From: Dipteris shenzhenensis
Lineage: Eukaryota
Strand: one strand, 5' to 3'
DNA length: 64,000 nucleotides
Assembly (NCBI GenBank): GCA_047967505.1
Contig: CM106538.1
Part shown: positions 39,540-51,859 of the stretch, one piece after another
How positions within the stretch are numbered: the stretch's first letter is position 1
How the letters are laid out: every line of letters begins with the position of its first letter
The notes under the pieces: generated by a model
Seen by the model: the letters and a program-made list of their open reading frames with translations, nothing else
The model's database searches: none
What the model was told of the DNA's origin: nothing
Translations under genes and position numbers: made by a program

Positions 39540-42500
39540 TCAATGGCAACATGCATCTTGCCATGGATTGCAAGAGAAGCAGATAGAGGCTATGAGACAA
39601 GAAAGTTGAAAAGCCAGGTCAAGGCACAAGAAACAGAGTGCGAGTCGAGGAAAGCACTAGCATGGTATTGAATCGACAACAGAAGACACTTTTGCAACAT
39701 CTACGAAGGGAGAAACAACAAGAAGAAAGAAGACTCCTTGTAGAGTAGCATCAAGAAATGGTAGATACATGCATTTAATCATTGCCATTGAAGCAAAGAA
39801 CATGAATTGTGGTGTCACGATTGGTGGGAGCATTCGAGGTAGCAACATCAGGCCATTCAGGTGATTACCAGTCTGGAGTCTTCACAAGCTTTAGCCTGCA
39901 CCCTAAAGTTTGTAGAGTAACAACCCCACCAACACCTTGGGAGATGCATGCAAAGAGGCGATGCTCTCTAATCTAAGAAATGGCCTATAGAAAGTAAAAG
40001 GGGTGCACAGCTTAGATCAAGTAGCTGCAAAGAGGGTGACATTAGCTATGTTAGTGTCCCTTGAAACAAAGGAGAAACGGATTTGGCACACAATGTCAAA
40101 GATGTTGTCAATCAAAAGGACCAACGTGGGTCTAGCAGTTGAACATAGAGCAGAAGCAATGCATGATCATCCTGATCCGAGAAGTCTGTGGGCTTCAACA
40201 AAACACAAGAAAAGGAGAGATAGCCTAAGTGTGGAAGTCATTGCTACAGTAACAACGTTTTGGCACAAAAATATGAGAGTTTCTCCAAATAGAAAGGACA
40301 TCTGTAAGAAGTAAATAGGGCACAAGGTGTTTGAGGAGCACATCACACACATGCTAGATACAACGCAGGTCAGTGGTGCCTAAGACAACCCAGTGGTTGT
40401 TTGTGATTGAGCTTTGGGAAATTTTACTTGTTTTATTTCTTAAACTAGGCTTGGACTAAATGTGATTGTCCTAAACCAAACCGATGGTTGGAACATCATG
40501 CAATCGTAGCATAGTTCAGCTCAATTACTAGTTATGTGATTATCTTGAACTAGCATGGTTCAACAAGCATTAGTTTTTGTCCATCCCGGTGGCATGGTTG
40601 AGCAGAAATTAACAACAATATATTTTATTTTACTAACCTAGCCTAGTGGTTAGAACATCATGCAATCGTGGCTGCTTCAGCTCAATCACTGATTACATGA
40701 TTACCCTGAACCAACATGGTTGAATAGACATTAGTTATTGACTAGCCCGGTGGTTGAAATTATTGTGTTTCTTAGTACTTAAATTTAATTTCTTGCTATT
40801 CGGCTCATATACCACTGTTAAATTGTGAAATTCAAAAATGAAAAGAAATATATTGTTATTTTCTAATGGTGAAATTCAGAAATGAAAAGCAATATACTTA
40901 TTATTGTCTAATATGTGAAGTTGAGACCGTCAGGCTAAACTATCCCCGTGGTTGACATTGTGATAGTGTCCTAAACCATCCCGATGTGGTTGAAGTTGTG
41001 ACTATCCTAAACATGTCCAAAACCAACCCGGTGGTTGACTGTCCTAAACGTGTCCTAAACCAGCTCAATGATTGAAATTGTGACTGTCCTAAGCCAGTGC
41101 GGTGGTTGAAAATTGTTTTGCTTCATTATATACTTTAATTAGACTATGTTTTGTCTTCTTTTAGTAGTAATAAAAAGGGGGCTCATTGTCCCTATTCTTC
41201 TCGCATGTTGGGTCAGCAGATGGAGTTGTATCTCAAGTTTATGGATCAAAATCTAGACAGTTCAATTGGGCAAATCTTTGAGCACTATAAGCTTTGGTAC
41301 ATCAGGAAACTCAAAGGCAAGAATATTTGTTGTTGCAAAACACACATAGAATTTGACCTGGCCAGACAAGCTATGAATGACTTGAGATCTGGTCGTGTTG
41401 GATTATTGCTCCATGGGGATTGATGCCCATGCCTCCCCAATAAATGCACAATCTCTAGGCCACCTGGATCCTCATTGTGTGTTGCAAGGGAGGGTAGGTT
41501 TTGTAGCCTAAGGTCTTCGTGGGAGCCAGTGGTTTGTCTAAAGGGAGACCTCGAGTGGCACAGGATTGAATGCATTCGCAGCGCATGCAAGCATTTCAGT
41601 TTGAAGCTGAAGAAGAAGACATTCAATGTCTATCCAAATGAAATGAGGGAAGACAACCATATTGCTCTAAAATGAAGGAGATTTAAAAATGTCAATGTTG
41701 AAAGATTCGATAAAAAGAGACGGCTACTATCATATAAGAGCACCCAGCCAAGGGAGCTTGTAGGTCCTGTGGTTTTATCCATCCCAAAATATGTGCTTCA
41801 CAATTTCATGGTTAGTTGTTGCTGTTGATAGAATAAGTAGTTCATGATGTGCCTTGCCAATTTTTCCCATGACACTATTGTATTTATCATAGATTTTGCA
41901 GAAAATTATTCATTTCAAGAATAAGATGAGATACAAAGTGCTCATGGGTACAACAAGCAGATAACAATTCTTGTGCATATCACATACAGTCATTTGCTTG
42001 ATTCTTCCATGCCTGATGCCAATCTGATTGCTAACTCACAGGAGTCCAGTCAGTGCAACACACATACCATTTCTACATTTTAGATGATAGGGAACATGAC
42101 ATCTTATTTGTGCAGCATGTCTTTCTACTGCATTGGGAATGGTTGGAAAAGGAAAATCCCCACATTGCATAAAATATATAACAACATTGGGTGTGGTCAG
42201 ATGGTGCTGCCTCTCAATTTAATTCAGCCCATGGATTCTACTTCATCTCAAGGATCAAATCCCTGATCGGTCTAGAAATGATGTGAAATTTCTTTGGGTC
42301 TAGCCATGGCAAGGGTGAACATGATGGATGCAATGCTGTTATTAAGCAAGATCTGTTTCAACACCAATTTGCATGCCCTCAAGAAAAACTCAATGATGTG
42401 ATGCTATAACATGGCTTACAACAACCTCTCCACAAGTGTGCATTTAACATACAATAAACAAAGCCTTAAGAATAATGTAGTATGCAAAGTGTTCTATAAA

Positions 42501-42720
42501 GTGAAAGTGGATGAAGTGCTAAGGAGAAGCCATCACAATTGCGAGAAAATTAAAGGAGTTCATGGTCTGCACAACATATGGGGCTTTTCAAACAACTAAC
42601 TGATTAAAACAAGTTTCTATAGTGCATGCATCATAGGGGATCATGACCATTGTGAGAACATTGCAACTGTGAAGACATGGGAGCCATGTCATATGCATAA
42701 AGCAATATCTAGATCAATGT
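39540..42720 (+). pseudogene. Decayed intron-containing DDD transposase gene (Sola2-like); copy 1, 3'-truncated by a LINE
   Basis: FWHKNMRVSPNRKD..HMLDTTQ, then GT-AG intron 40369-41219, then MELYLKF..CCCKTHIEF..WEPVVCLKGDLEWHRIECI. Followed by IIDFAENYSFQE*DEIQSAH, HFYILDDREHD, WVWSDGAASQF and NFFGSSHGKGEHDGCNAVIK. Several stops and frameshifts. Confidence 0.75.
40380..41110. repeat. Repeat array inside the transposase intron (cc.ggtggttga / tgtgactgtcctaaac units)
   Basis: Repeated aacc(c)ggtggttga and gtcctaaac cores, densest at 40935-41110. Confidence 0.65.
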
Positions 42721-42729
42721 GCCCACAAG

Positions 42730-43412
42730 AGAGCAACCAACCCCCCCATGTGTCTACATCATTGTCTAAAGCTCTCGTCAATGTAGAGGCCAAACATGGT
42801 AGGTGATAGTGGACACCCTTGTTTGACCCCAATAGTGCTCATGATCTCGTCTGTCCACCTAGAGCCTACCCGAAATCTATCTCAAACTCTCTCGTAAAGT
42901 GCAATGATAGCCCAAATGATCTCCTGGTCATAACCCAAATCCTGTAGGCTCTGTATGATGCAGGTTCTTAGAATTGTGTCAAATTCCTTGTTGCAAAAAT
43001 CCACAAAGCAACATATAACCCTCTACTTCCGTGCCCTCGCCTCCTCAATGATACACCTGAGCATGAGAATTTGGTCCATGGTTCCATGAAAATGCTAGAA
43101 TCCACCTTGTCTTACTGCTTTAAGTCCTCGACACTCTGTAAATCTTCTGACCTCGATATCAAGCATTGATGCATAAATCTTGGACATGACATGTCGAATC
43201 ATAATGGTCCTGTAGTTCTCCGCGCTCATGGGATCCCCTGCCTTGTGGATGGGTGAGATAGTGTTAATGGTCCAGGTGCATGGAAACCCCAAACAAACAG
43301 CTTCATTAAAGAGCTTTGCTAAGATAGGGGCCAGGAGGTCAATCTCATATGCAATGAACTCAGTCCATAAACCCTCATGATCCTTCGCTGGGCCATTATG
43401 AATATTCCTTAC
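42730..43412 (-). pseudogene. LINE ORF2 reverse transcriptase fragment, 3' side of a Copia-interrupted LINE (clade unresolved, RTE/RTEX-like)
   Basis: LAKLFN..GFPCTW..SPIHKAGDPMSAENYRTIM..QGGF, CCFVDF and GVKQGCPLSPTMFGLYID. Confidence 0.85.
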
Positions 43413-46400
43413 TGTGGGGTTAAAGGTCACTATGCCTTTACCCTAGTTATGTACAATACTTAAACACATATATAAATGAATGAAAAAGAAGATTACGGTG
43501 GTTCTGCACCCACCAAAACTTGTGTGGCTCTCTGTCTCTGTCTCTCCCTCTTCCGTTCTTGCTTCCGTTGAGAGCACTCTCAACTAGTATCAGAGCTCGG
43601 GTGATCTAGCTGAGCGTGTGTGAATGCCTGGAAGCTCAGCAACTCTGCGGGAGGAAGGAGAAGCTCTGTGGGAAGCTTTGTGGGTGACTTTACTTGCATC
43701 CGAGTGTGTAGAGACCTTGGAGGACCTTTGGAAAAGTCACTTTGGTTTTGCGAAGTGGTTTTGAGAGCTTGTTAAGTGTTTTCAAAGAAAAAGTCATTTT
43801 TTGAGCTTTTCCTTGTTTCGTTCAATGACAGAGACTCCGTATTGACTTGTAGAGGCAACTATTGATTGCTTTTGGTGTCCACTTCACTTCAAGAGCTTGG
43901 AAACACCTTCATTCTTGAATTTGGGATCATTTCATTGGAATTCTGACTCACTGTGTCAGTTTTTGCATTTTTCTGCTTGGGTGTTGGAACTCAAGTTTGG
44001 AGTAACCATTTGCAGATCTGTCACGTTCGGTGGACTCAAGAGTCCTAAAACTTCTATGTTGCTCATCATTCGCACTCTGGTGGAGTTTACAAACAGCTCT
44101 ATTTCCAAAAACGTTTTTCAGTCCGTGTGTTGGATCCAGTGATTGAGACCACGGTTTCCAAAACCGTCTGTCCCATTGCATTTCGAATGCCCAGAAACCT
44201 CTACCTGTCAGTTCTTGCATGATTTGGTGGAGTATTTTCAGAGTTATAGATCTCTGTGTATTCGATTTCATCTCTCTGTTATGCATTTTTCATTCTAAGG
44301 TTTTGAAACCTTAGATTTATGCCACATGGTAGTGGATAAGTGTTGAATCCCATTTCTCACTCATCAGTTGGGATTTTGGGGTTTTGGCAAAAGAGAGATA
44401 TTTGCAGATTTTCTTGCTGAGTCCGATTATGCAATGGTGCCCATGTTTTGAGGCATCTCAAGTTCTATTTTTCAGTAGCGGTCTTTTCCCTGGTGAGTTG
44501 GATGCATTAGCAAAGTCTACTATTAGACTTCATCTTGCAGAGTCAGTTTATTTCATAGTAGTAAATGAGCAAACTATGGAAGATTTGCGGAAGAAACTGT
44601 GTGCCACTTATGAGAAGGAAATTGCCTCTAATAAAGTTTACCTCATGAAGAAGTTGTTTGAGCTGCAGATGAAGGAAGGGGTCTCCATTGCTTCTCACTT
44701 GAATGAATTCAATATTATTTTCAGCCAGCTTCAAGATCAAAAGATGAATTTTGATGCGGAGACTAAGGCAATATTTCTCTTATGTTAATTTCCATCCTCA
44801 TGGGATACCTTTCATACAGCTGTCAGTAACTCTACACCTAGTGGAGTACTGAAGTTTGATGATGTTGTGGGTAGCTTGTTGGCCGAGGAGATAAGATGGA
44901 AATCTATGGACGGCAACAAGCAGGATGCATCCTTAAATGTGCAAAGGGGTAGATCACAGTTCAAGGTGAAGTCCCAAGAAAGAGGGAAGTCTCGTAGCAA
45001 ATCCAGGGCACGAAACATTGAGTGTTACCACTGTGGCAAGAAGGGCCATATGAAAAAGGATTGCTAAAAGCTAAAAAGAGAGAAAAAGGATAAGAAAAAG
45101 AATGCAAATTGGGGTGCAAATCAGAAGGAAGAGAGTCATGGGGAGGACAAAGGAAAAGTGAAGATCGAGGAGATCAATGCAGTCACACATGATAGTGACA
45201 ATGACATTCTCTTCATGTCTAGTTTATCTACAGAGTTGTTGCATATTCCTAGGATTGGATTTTGGATTCTGGTGCTTCATTCCATGTTACTTCCCATAGG
45301 GAATGGTTCTCCACTTATGACAGTGGAAAGACAGGTTGTGTGCATCTTGGAAATGACTATGCATGTGACATAGTGGGAGCAGGTGACATAAAGTTTTCTT
45401 TTGCAAATGGGTCTGCATTTGTTTTGAGACATGTTGTTGCAATAACCGAGTAGCCAAGCACTTCTTTGTGGCATTGCAGGTTGGGGCACATGAGCCAGAA
45501 TGGAATGAAATTCTTATGCTGTTTGGGTTATGTACTGCATTTGAGTTTCTCTAATTTTGAATTTTGTGAGCATTGTCTCTATGGGCAGACTAAATCAGCC
45601 ATAAAAGAAGGGGAAAGAAAGAGTTTGAAAAGCTTGATTTGGTGCATTCAGACGTATGTGGTCCAATGCCACACGGTCATTAGGCGGGGCTGAATACTAT
45701 GTGACATTCATTGATGATGCAACTAGGAAAGTGTGGGCTTATGCTATAGCTCAGAAGAGTGATGTGTTCCAGGTATTTCAGAAATGACTGGCCTTGGTTG
45801 AGAATCAGTCAGGCAGAACGCTTAAATGCCTACGGACTGACAATGGTGGAGAGTATCTCTCTCATGACTTTCAGCATTTCTGTGATACACATCAGATTAA
45901 GAGGGAGCTAACATCCCCTCGTACTCCAGAGCAAAATCCAGTTGCATAAAAGATGAACCGTACCATTCAAGAAAGGTTGCAATGCATGCTTTCCAATGCA
46001 AGTCTTTCTGGTGGTTTTTGGGCTAAGGCAATGAAGACTGCAATGCATGTGATCAACAGATCACTAGTAAGAGTTTGGATGGTGGTATTCCTGAAGAGGC
46101 ATAGAGTGGCAAGGAGCCCTCTTACTCTCATTTGCGTATATTTGGGTGTGAGGCATATGCACATGTGCCAAAAGAGCTTCGAAAGAAGCTAGATCCTAAG
46201 TCTAGGAAATGCATCTTTCTGGGTTATGGTGAAAGTGGAGAGATGGGCTATCGTCTCTCGGATCCAGAAGCAAAGAAGATCATACGCAGCCATGATGTAG
46301 TCTTCAATGAGAAGAAGATGCATAAGGCACCCATGAGGGATGTTGAAATGAGGAGAATCACTTTCCAGGATGTGAATCCACCTGCATATGTTGATAGACA

Positions 46401-48396
46401 GCAAGCTGTCCATGCACCAAATGTGTAAGAAATGGTACCACCAAATACTCCCACAGGTATACAATCAAGGGTAGATGGATCATCTATTGGTGGAAATGAT
46501 GAGCCAAATGTGGCTGATAAGCAGGTGGGACAGCAAGCTGGAATGCCCTTGAGAAGATCATTTAGAGTGTCTAGACCGCCTTATAGGCTTGTTCCAAGGG
46601 TAGACTATGTGATGCTTACTGATTGCAAGGAGCCTTCTTGCTACAAAGAGGCTATGATGCGCGAGGATCAACACAAGTGGGAGTATGCTATGCAATCAGA
46701 GATGAGTTCACTTATGAAGAATAATACTTGGGACTTAGTTTCTTTGCCACATGGAAAGAAAGCATTGCCATGTAAATGGGTCTACAAGATGAAGGTCACA
46801 GGTGATGATGTGCCTAGGTACAAGGCCCATTTGGTCACTAAAGGGTTCAAGCAAGAGAAGGGTGTGGAGTTTGATGAGATATTCTCTCCGGTTGTGAAGA
46901 TGACCACACTTATATGCATGCTTGGACTAGTGGTAGTAGAGAATATGGAGCTTATATAGATGGATGTCAAGATAGCTTTCTTGCATGGGGATTTGCATGA
47001 GGAAATTTACATGGTGCAGCTAGAAGGCTTTGAAGAAAAGGGCAAAGAACATTTAGTTTGCAAGATGAAGAAGAGTCTCTATGGTCTTAAGCAAGGGCCT
47101 AGAGAATGGTATCAGAAGTTTGATGCTTTCATTTGGTCCCAAATTTAAGGAGGAGTGAAATTGATCACTGCCTCTACACTAAAAGGGCTTAGGATAATAG
47201 CCTGATAATCCTGGCACTATATGTGGATGATATGCTATTGGCTAGCAAGAATACTTATGAGCTAGATGCATTAAAGGCCAAGTTGCATGAGGCCTTTGAT
47301 ATGAAGGATTTGGGACTTGCAGTTCATATTCTTGGTATGTGCATCATGCATGATTGGAATAGGAAACTCCTTTGACTTTCACAGAAGGAGTATGTTACAA
47401 AAGTATTGCAGCATTTCAATATGGAGGGGGGGAAAGCAGTGAGTACTCCATTGCCTCCATATGTGAAACTGAGTCATACAAATAGTCCCAAATCAGATGA
47501 GAGGGCCATGATGGCCAAGGTTCCTTATGCATCAGCGGTTGGGAGTCTTATGTATGCTATGATAGCTACTAGACCAGACATTGCATTTGCAATGGGAATT
47601 GTTAGCCGGTATATGGCTAATCCAAGAAAGAGGCATTGGGAGGCAGTTAAGTGCATCATGAGGTGCATGAAGGGTACCAAGGAGATGTGCATCTGCTTTG
47701 GTAAAGGAGACATGCATGTACTTGGGTACACAGATTCAGACTATGCAAGGCATGTGGATAGTAGGAGATCCACTTCTGATTATGTGTTCACCTTTGTAGG
47801 TGGTGCAGTGTCGTGGATGTCTCGTGCACAGAAGTGCATTGCTTTGTCTACCACAGAGGCTGAGTATGTTGCAGCCATAGAGGGTTGCAAGGAGGCTATA
47901 TGGCTTGATCGGCTAGTGGGAGATTTGGGGATTCATACAAGTGTACTGACATTGCATAGTGATTCCATGAGTGCTATTCAGCTAGCACAAAATCCGGTCT
48001 TTCATGCAAAGACCAAACACATTGAGGTCAAGTACCATTTCATTAGGGAGGTACTTGAGGACAAGCGCATAGAGCTTGTCAAGGTTCATACAGATGATAA
48101 CCCTATAGATATGATGAAGAGTCTACCTAGTCAGCAGTTTGAGTATTGTCGTGTATTGATGGGCATTGGATAGTATGTTCACTGGTTGTTCTCCCTTAAA
48201 GCCACATTGTCCTTTAAGTGGGAGGTTGTGGGGTTAAAGGTCACTGTTCCTTTACCCCAGTTATGTACAATACTTAAACACATATATAAATGAATGAAAA
48301 AGAAGATTAGGGTGGTTCTGCACCCATTAAAACTTGTGTGGCTCTCTGTCTCTCTCTCTCCCTCTTTCGTTCTTACTTCTGTTGAGAGCACTCTCA
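43413..48396 (+). mobile_element. Full-length decayed Ty1/Copia LTR retrotransposon
   Basis: 170-bp LTRs at 43413-43582 and 48227-48396 (TG...CA, about 10 differences). TSD CTTAC at 43408-43412 and 48397-48401. PBS TAGTATCAGAGC (one mismatch) at 43585. PPT AAGTGGGAGG at 48216. Gag with CYHCGKKGHMKKDC, protease DSGASFH, GAG-pre-integrase WHCRLGHMS, integrase RTDNGGEY, RT KWVYKMK..YVDDML, RNase H ALSTTEAEY..HAKTKHIEVKYHFIRE. Confidence 0.96.
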
Positions 48397-48401
48397 CTTA
48401 C

Positions 48402-51270
48402 AGAGTTTGTTAAACCCCCCTAGTGAAGAGGGTGTAGGATGTGGGGCATGGCATATGTGAGACATTAGGGACTGGCTGATTTGGGATGCCATAAAGTGTG
48501 CGTGCATAATCATACCAGACCTAAGTGGAAGTGAGTGGTGAGGGGGATTGTCCCTCTAGAAATCTCTGCCAAAAGTCCTTAGAGTTCTTACTAAACAAAA
48601 TTTTCAGTAGTTCCTCCTCATTCTGGCGAATGAAGTCTAGTTTCTTTCTATGTACCAGTCGACAATACTCGCGCAGTATCTCTGGTTTGCTCAAAAGATT
48701 TTTTTTGGTTTCAAATTTGAGCTGATGGCATAAAGCCTTACACTGATCATCATACCAGCTATTACAGGGTACGCTCCAACGAGTGGTGTGAGGGAAAGCG
48801 TGAAGGGAAGTCTCATGTATTGAGTGACCAGGGTAGCACGATCCTCTAATAGGGGTTTGAAGTCAATATAAGCAAGCAGTATGTGCAGACGACCAGACTT
48901 AATAGGTGAGTAATCATGGTCAAAGCGTATATCATGATAGTTGGAGTAAGAACTCAGTGGGGTGGAGGGTGTTGTGCAATGGGGACCAAAATGATAAAGA
49001 AAAGATAGGTATGATCAGCCCCTAGAGGGAGAGGTGCTACGGTAAAATCAGTGATGCGATATGTGAAGGCAGGGGGTCCCATGATGTAATCAACAACACT
49101 GGAGCCTCCAAAAGCATGTGAAACCACTTGAGGTTGGCCATCTGTCAAGACCATTATAAATAATGAGATCATGCATCCTAACAAGGTCTAATAGGGCTTG
49201 CCCATAAGATGTGATCAGGGACCTCGTCTATCAGCCAAAACCCATAGCATACCTGCATCCTAAAGGTCAATGTCTGGCAGTAGAGTGGAATCATCCCTAA
49301 AGTCGAGGAGTGGTACCTGACGAGCGCCTATCCTCGCATTGAAGTTTCCAACTAGGAGGACTTCTCTGTGGCTAGAAAAGTCAACAATGGATTGATAAAG
49401 AGCAGCAAATGGAGATATCTCATCCTCATTTCGAGTATCTCTAGCAAGGTGGGAGATCTCACGGGGGAAGTAGCAAACTGCAACAAACAGATCCAGGATG
49501 TCCAAGTTTCCAATACAAATCCAAAGAAACCTAGAATGTGCATCTCTTTGGTCCTAGAGTAGTGGCAACGAAAGTAATTGCATCTTCCATCGGTGTAGCC
49601 TCAGTGCGCATGATCCCATGTACTCTAATGTTGAGAGACTTGCTGGATCTCTACTACTGCTCCATGAGGGTAGCCAAAATGGTTACCCTTGCGGGTTCCA
49701 ATTTGGCCATGTCAACCCATCTGGTGGTCTCCTCAATTACAAATTGCATGCTCACAATCTATGCCTCAACAACTAGGGTACTCCCTGGGACTATGTATGG
49801 CTATGACCTCCTGCCAGAGCTACAAGATATCCTGTTTGAGTCCCTAAATGAGACCATCTTGCCCCCGAATGGCATGAGCCTATTCCTGTATGATGCGGCT
49901 CTACTCTTGGTTGAAGTAGACCCACTCCTGTGCGAAGGGATTAGCTCCATCTCGTACTCATGGATACTATGCACCTCCATGAGCAAGGTCTCCCAGGCCT
50001 CTAGTGTATCAGCATATCCATGTCCTAGGTAAAACTAAAATGGCTGTGACATGCAAGTATGGGGATGAGTCCAGAAGCTAGGTGGTGACTGGGTGAGCTA
50101 GGTGAGGTACGAAGATGAGAGTGGCATGGATGAGCCAGTCCCAATGGGATGTGGGAGCATGGGTTGACTCAGAGGGAGCTGGGAGAGAAAGGTCGAGGCA
50201 TAATGTGGAGCAGTGTGTGACACCTCCGAAGTAGGTGTCATAATTGGTGCGAAAGTTGTAATAGGGGAGGATGGGACAGATGAGGACTGTGACAACCTCC
50301 CTATTTCAGAGGAAAGGGAGGAGGCCGATGTGATGGGGTATGTCACTGTCTGTCATGGGTATTGCATTGATAGTAACCATGGCTAGGATGTAGAGGCTAT
50401 AAGTTGAGTCTGAGGCTGAAGCTAAAGATGAGGATATGGCGGGAGCTGAAACTGAAACTGAAGCTAAAGCGGGGGCTAAAGTAGAAGCAGGGAATGAGGC
50501 TAGAGCTAAAGCTAAGGTGGGTCCCACCTTTGCCTTGTTGTCAACCCCAAGTCCACTCTGGTTGTAGAGTGTGTTCATATCCTCTAGTTTTAGTTGTGTT
50601 TGGTGGTGTTGTCGTCTTTCTTAGATTTGTCCATCTCTTTATCATTTTTTCCCATTTTCTTGGACTAACTTCGATTCCTTTTGCATAGGTCCTAGTGTGG
50701 AAGATGGAGTGGAAGTGAGAGTATAAGGTGCCCCCCCATGGTCGGAGGTGCCCACATTATGGGGAAAGGGTGGTGCTGCAGGGGAAGAAGAGACCCAATG
50801 GGAGGGAGCATAGTTGGTAGGTGAGGAAGGGGGAAGGGAGTGTAGACGGATGGTTGATGGCAGGGGAGATATAGATGAGGGGCAACACCAAGGAGGGAGC
50901 AAGGGGGGGTAGAGTAGCCCCGAGTGGGAGGTAGGAATAGGAGGGGCAGGAGTGGGAGGGGCAGGCACAGGGAGGGGAAAAACAACCGAAGGAGGGGGCA
51001 GGGTAGCAATGGAGTGGAGGGACTATGAGGGTAGAGCAAGTAGCCATGTAGAGGGGAAGGGGCTGCAGGAGCTACAATGGGTGAAGGAGGAACTACAGCA
51101 GAGGCGGGGGAGTTGCAAAGGGCAATGGGGCTGCGAAGGGAGCTGCATGGAGCAGTAGAGCAGAGAGCAGGAGGAAGAGCAATAGAGCGGGGAGCTGCAA
51201 GTGGGGTAGTAGAGCAGGGAGCTGTAGGCTGGCACGGGGGGAGAGAGAGGGGAATTTAGGTTAATACTCT
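48402..51270 (-). mobile_element. 5' part of the interrupted LINE: AP-endonuclease region of ORF2 and putative ORF1/5' region (right boundary approximate)
   Basis: VAVCYFP, VLLVGNFNARIG (GDFNA motif), SVVDYIMG and GADH (SDH motif) on the minus strand. Contiguous with 42730-43412 once the Copia and one TSD are removed. Pro/Ser-rich low-complexity region at 50100-51250. Confidence 0.75.
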
Positions 51271-51859
51271 TAGGCCACAAGGGATAATAACATTGTGTTA
51301 ATTTTCCATGGTTTCAGAAAGAGTCCTTGGAGACATGCAATCCTTAGCACTCCTTTTGCTAGTAAAGAGGTTTATTAACCCTTGAAACCCTTTTTGTTGG
51401 GCTTCATCATTATAACCTGTATTGGTTGGGTGGATGAACCCTTTGTCACCCCTTTTTCCAGTGAAAGGGATGTTGAACACTTCATTAAGCTTCTAGTGGC
51501 AAGGGCACTTTATGAGCCTATTGGAATGTACTGATGGTAGGATATGTTTCACCATGAGCATAGCATCAAGGGAAATAATTATACTACACATGAGCCTCTT
51601 GGAATCCAATGGTTGTAGGAAATGCATGCTCTCAGATGGATGCCACCATGACCCCTTTCACACCAACAAAAGGGCGCAATGCACCATGTATATACTATCT
51701 AGCTTTTTCATTATGTATATACCTAGCGCACCATGCATATACTCATATTTGGAATGTAAACCTTTCTAGCTCTTTTTTTGTGTTGGGAGGTAATTATTTT
51801 TCCTATAAGATTATTTTCACCATTTGTTTGGATAGATTTTTATAAATGTATGTTTTTAT

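Noticed and set aside
41811-41892. Apparent GT...AG intron just before DFAENY
   Set aside because: The segment translates as decayed coding sequence (..FMMCLANFSHDTIVFIIDFAENY) expected upstream of this motif.
50098-51280. Overlapping Pro/Ser-rich ORFs
   Set aside because: Low-complexity purine-rich sequence at the LINE 5' end gives open frames on both strands. No independent gene is supported.
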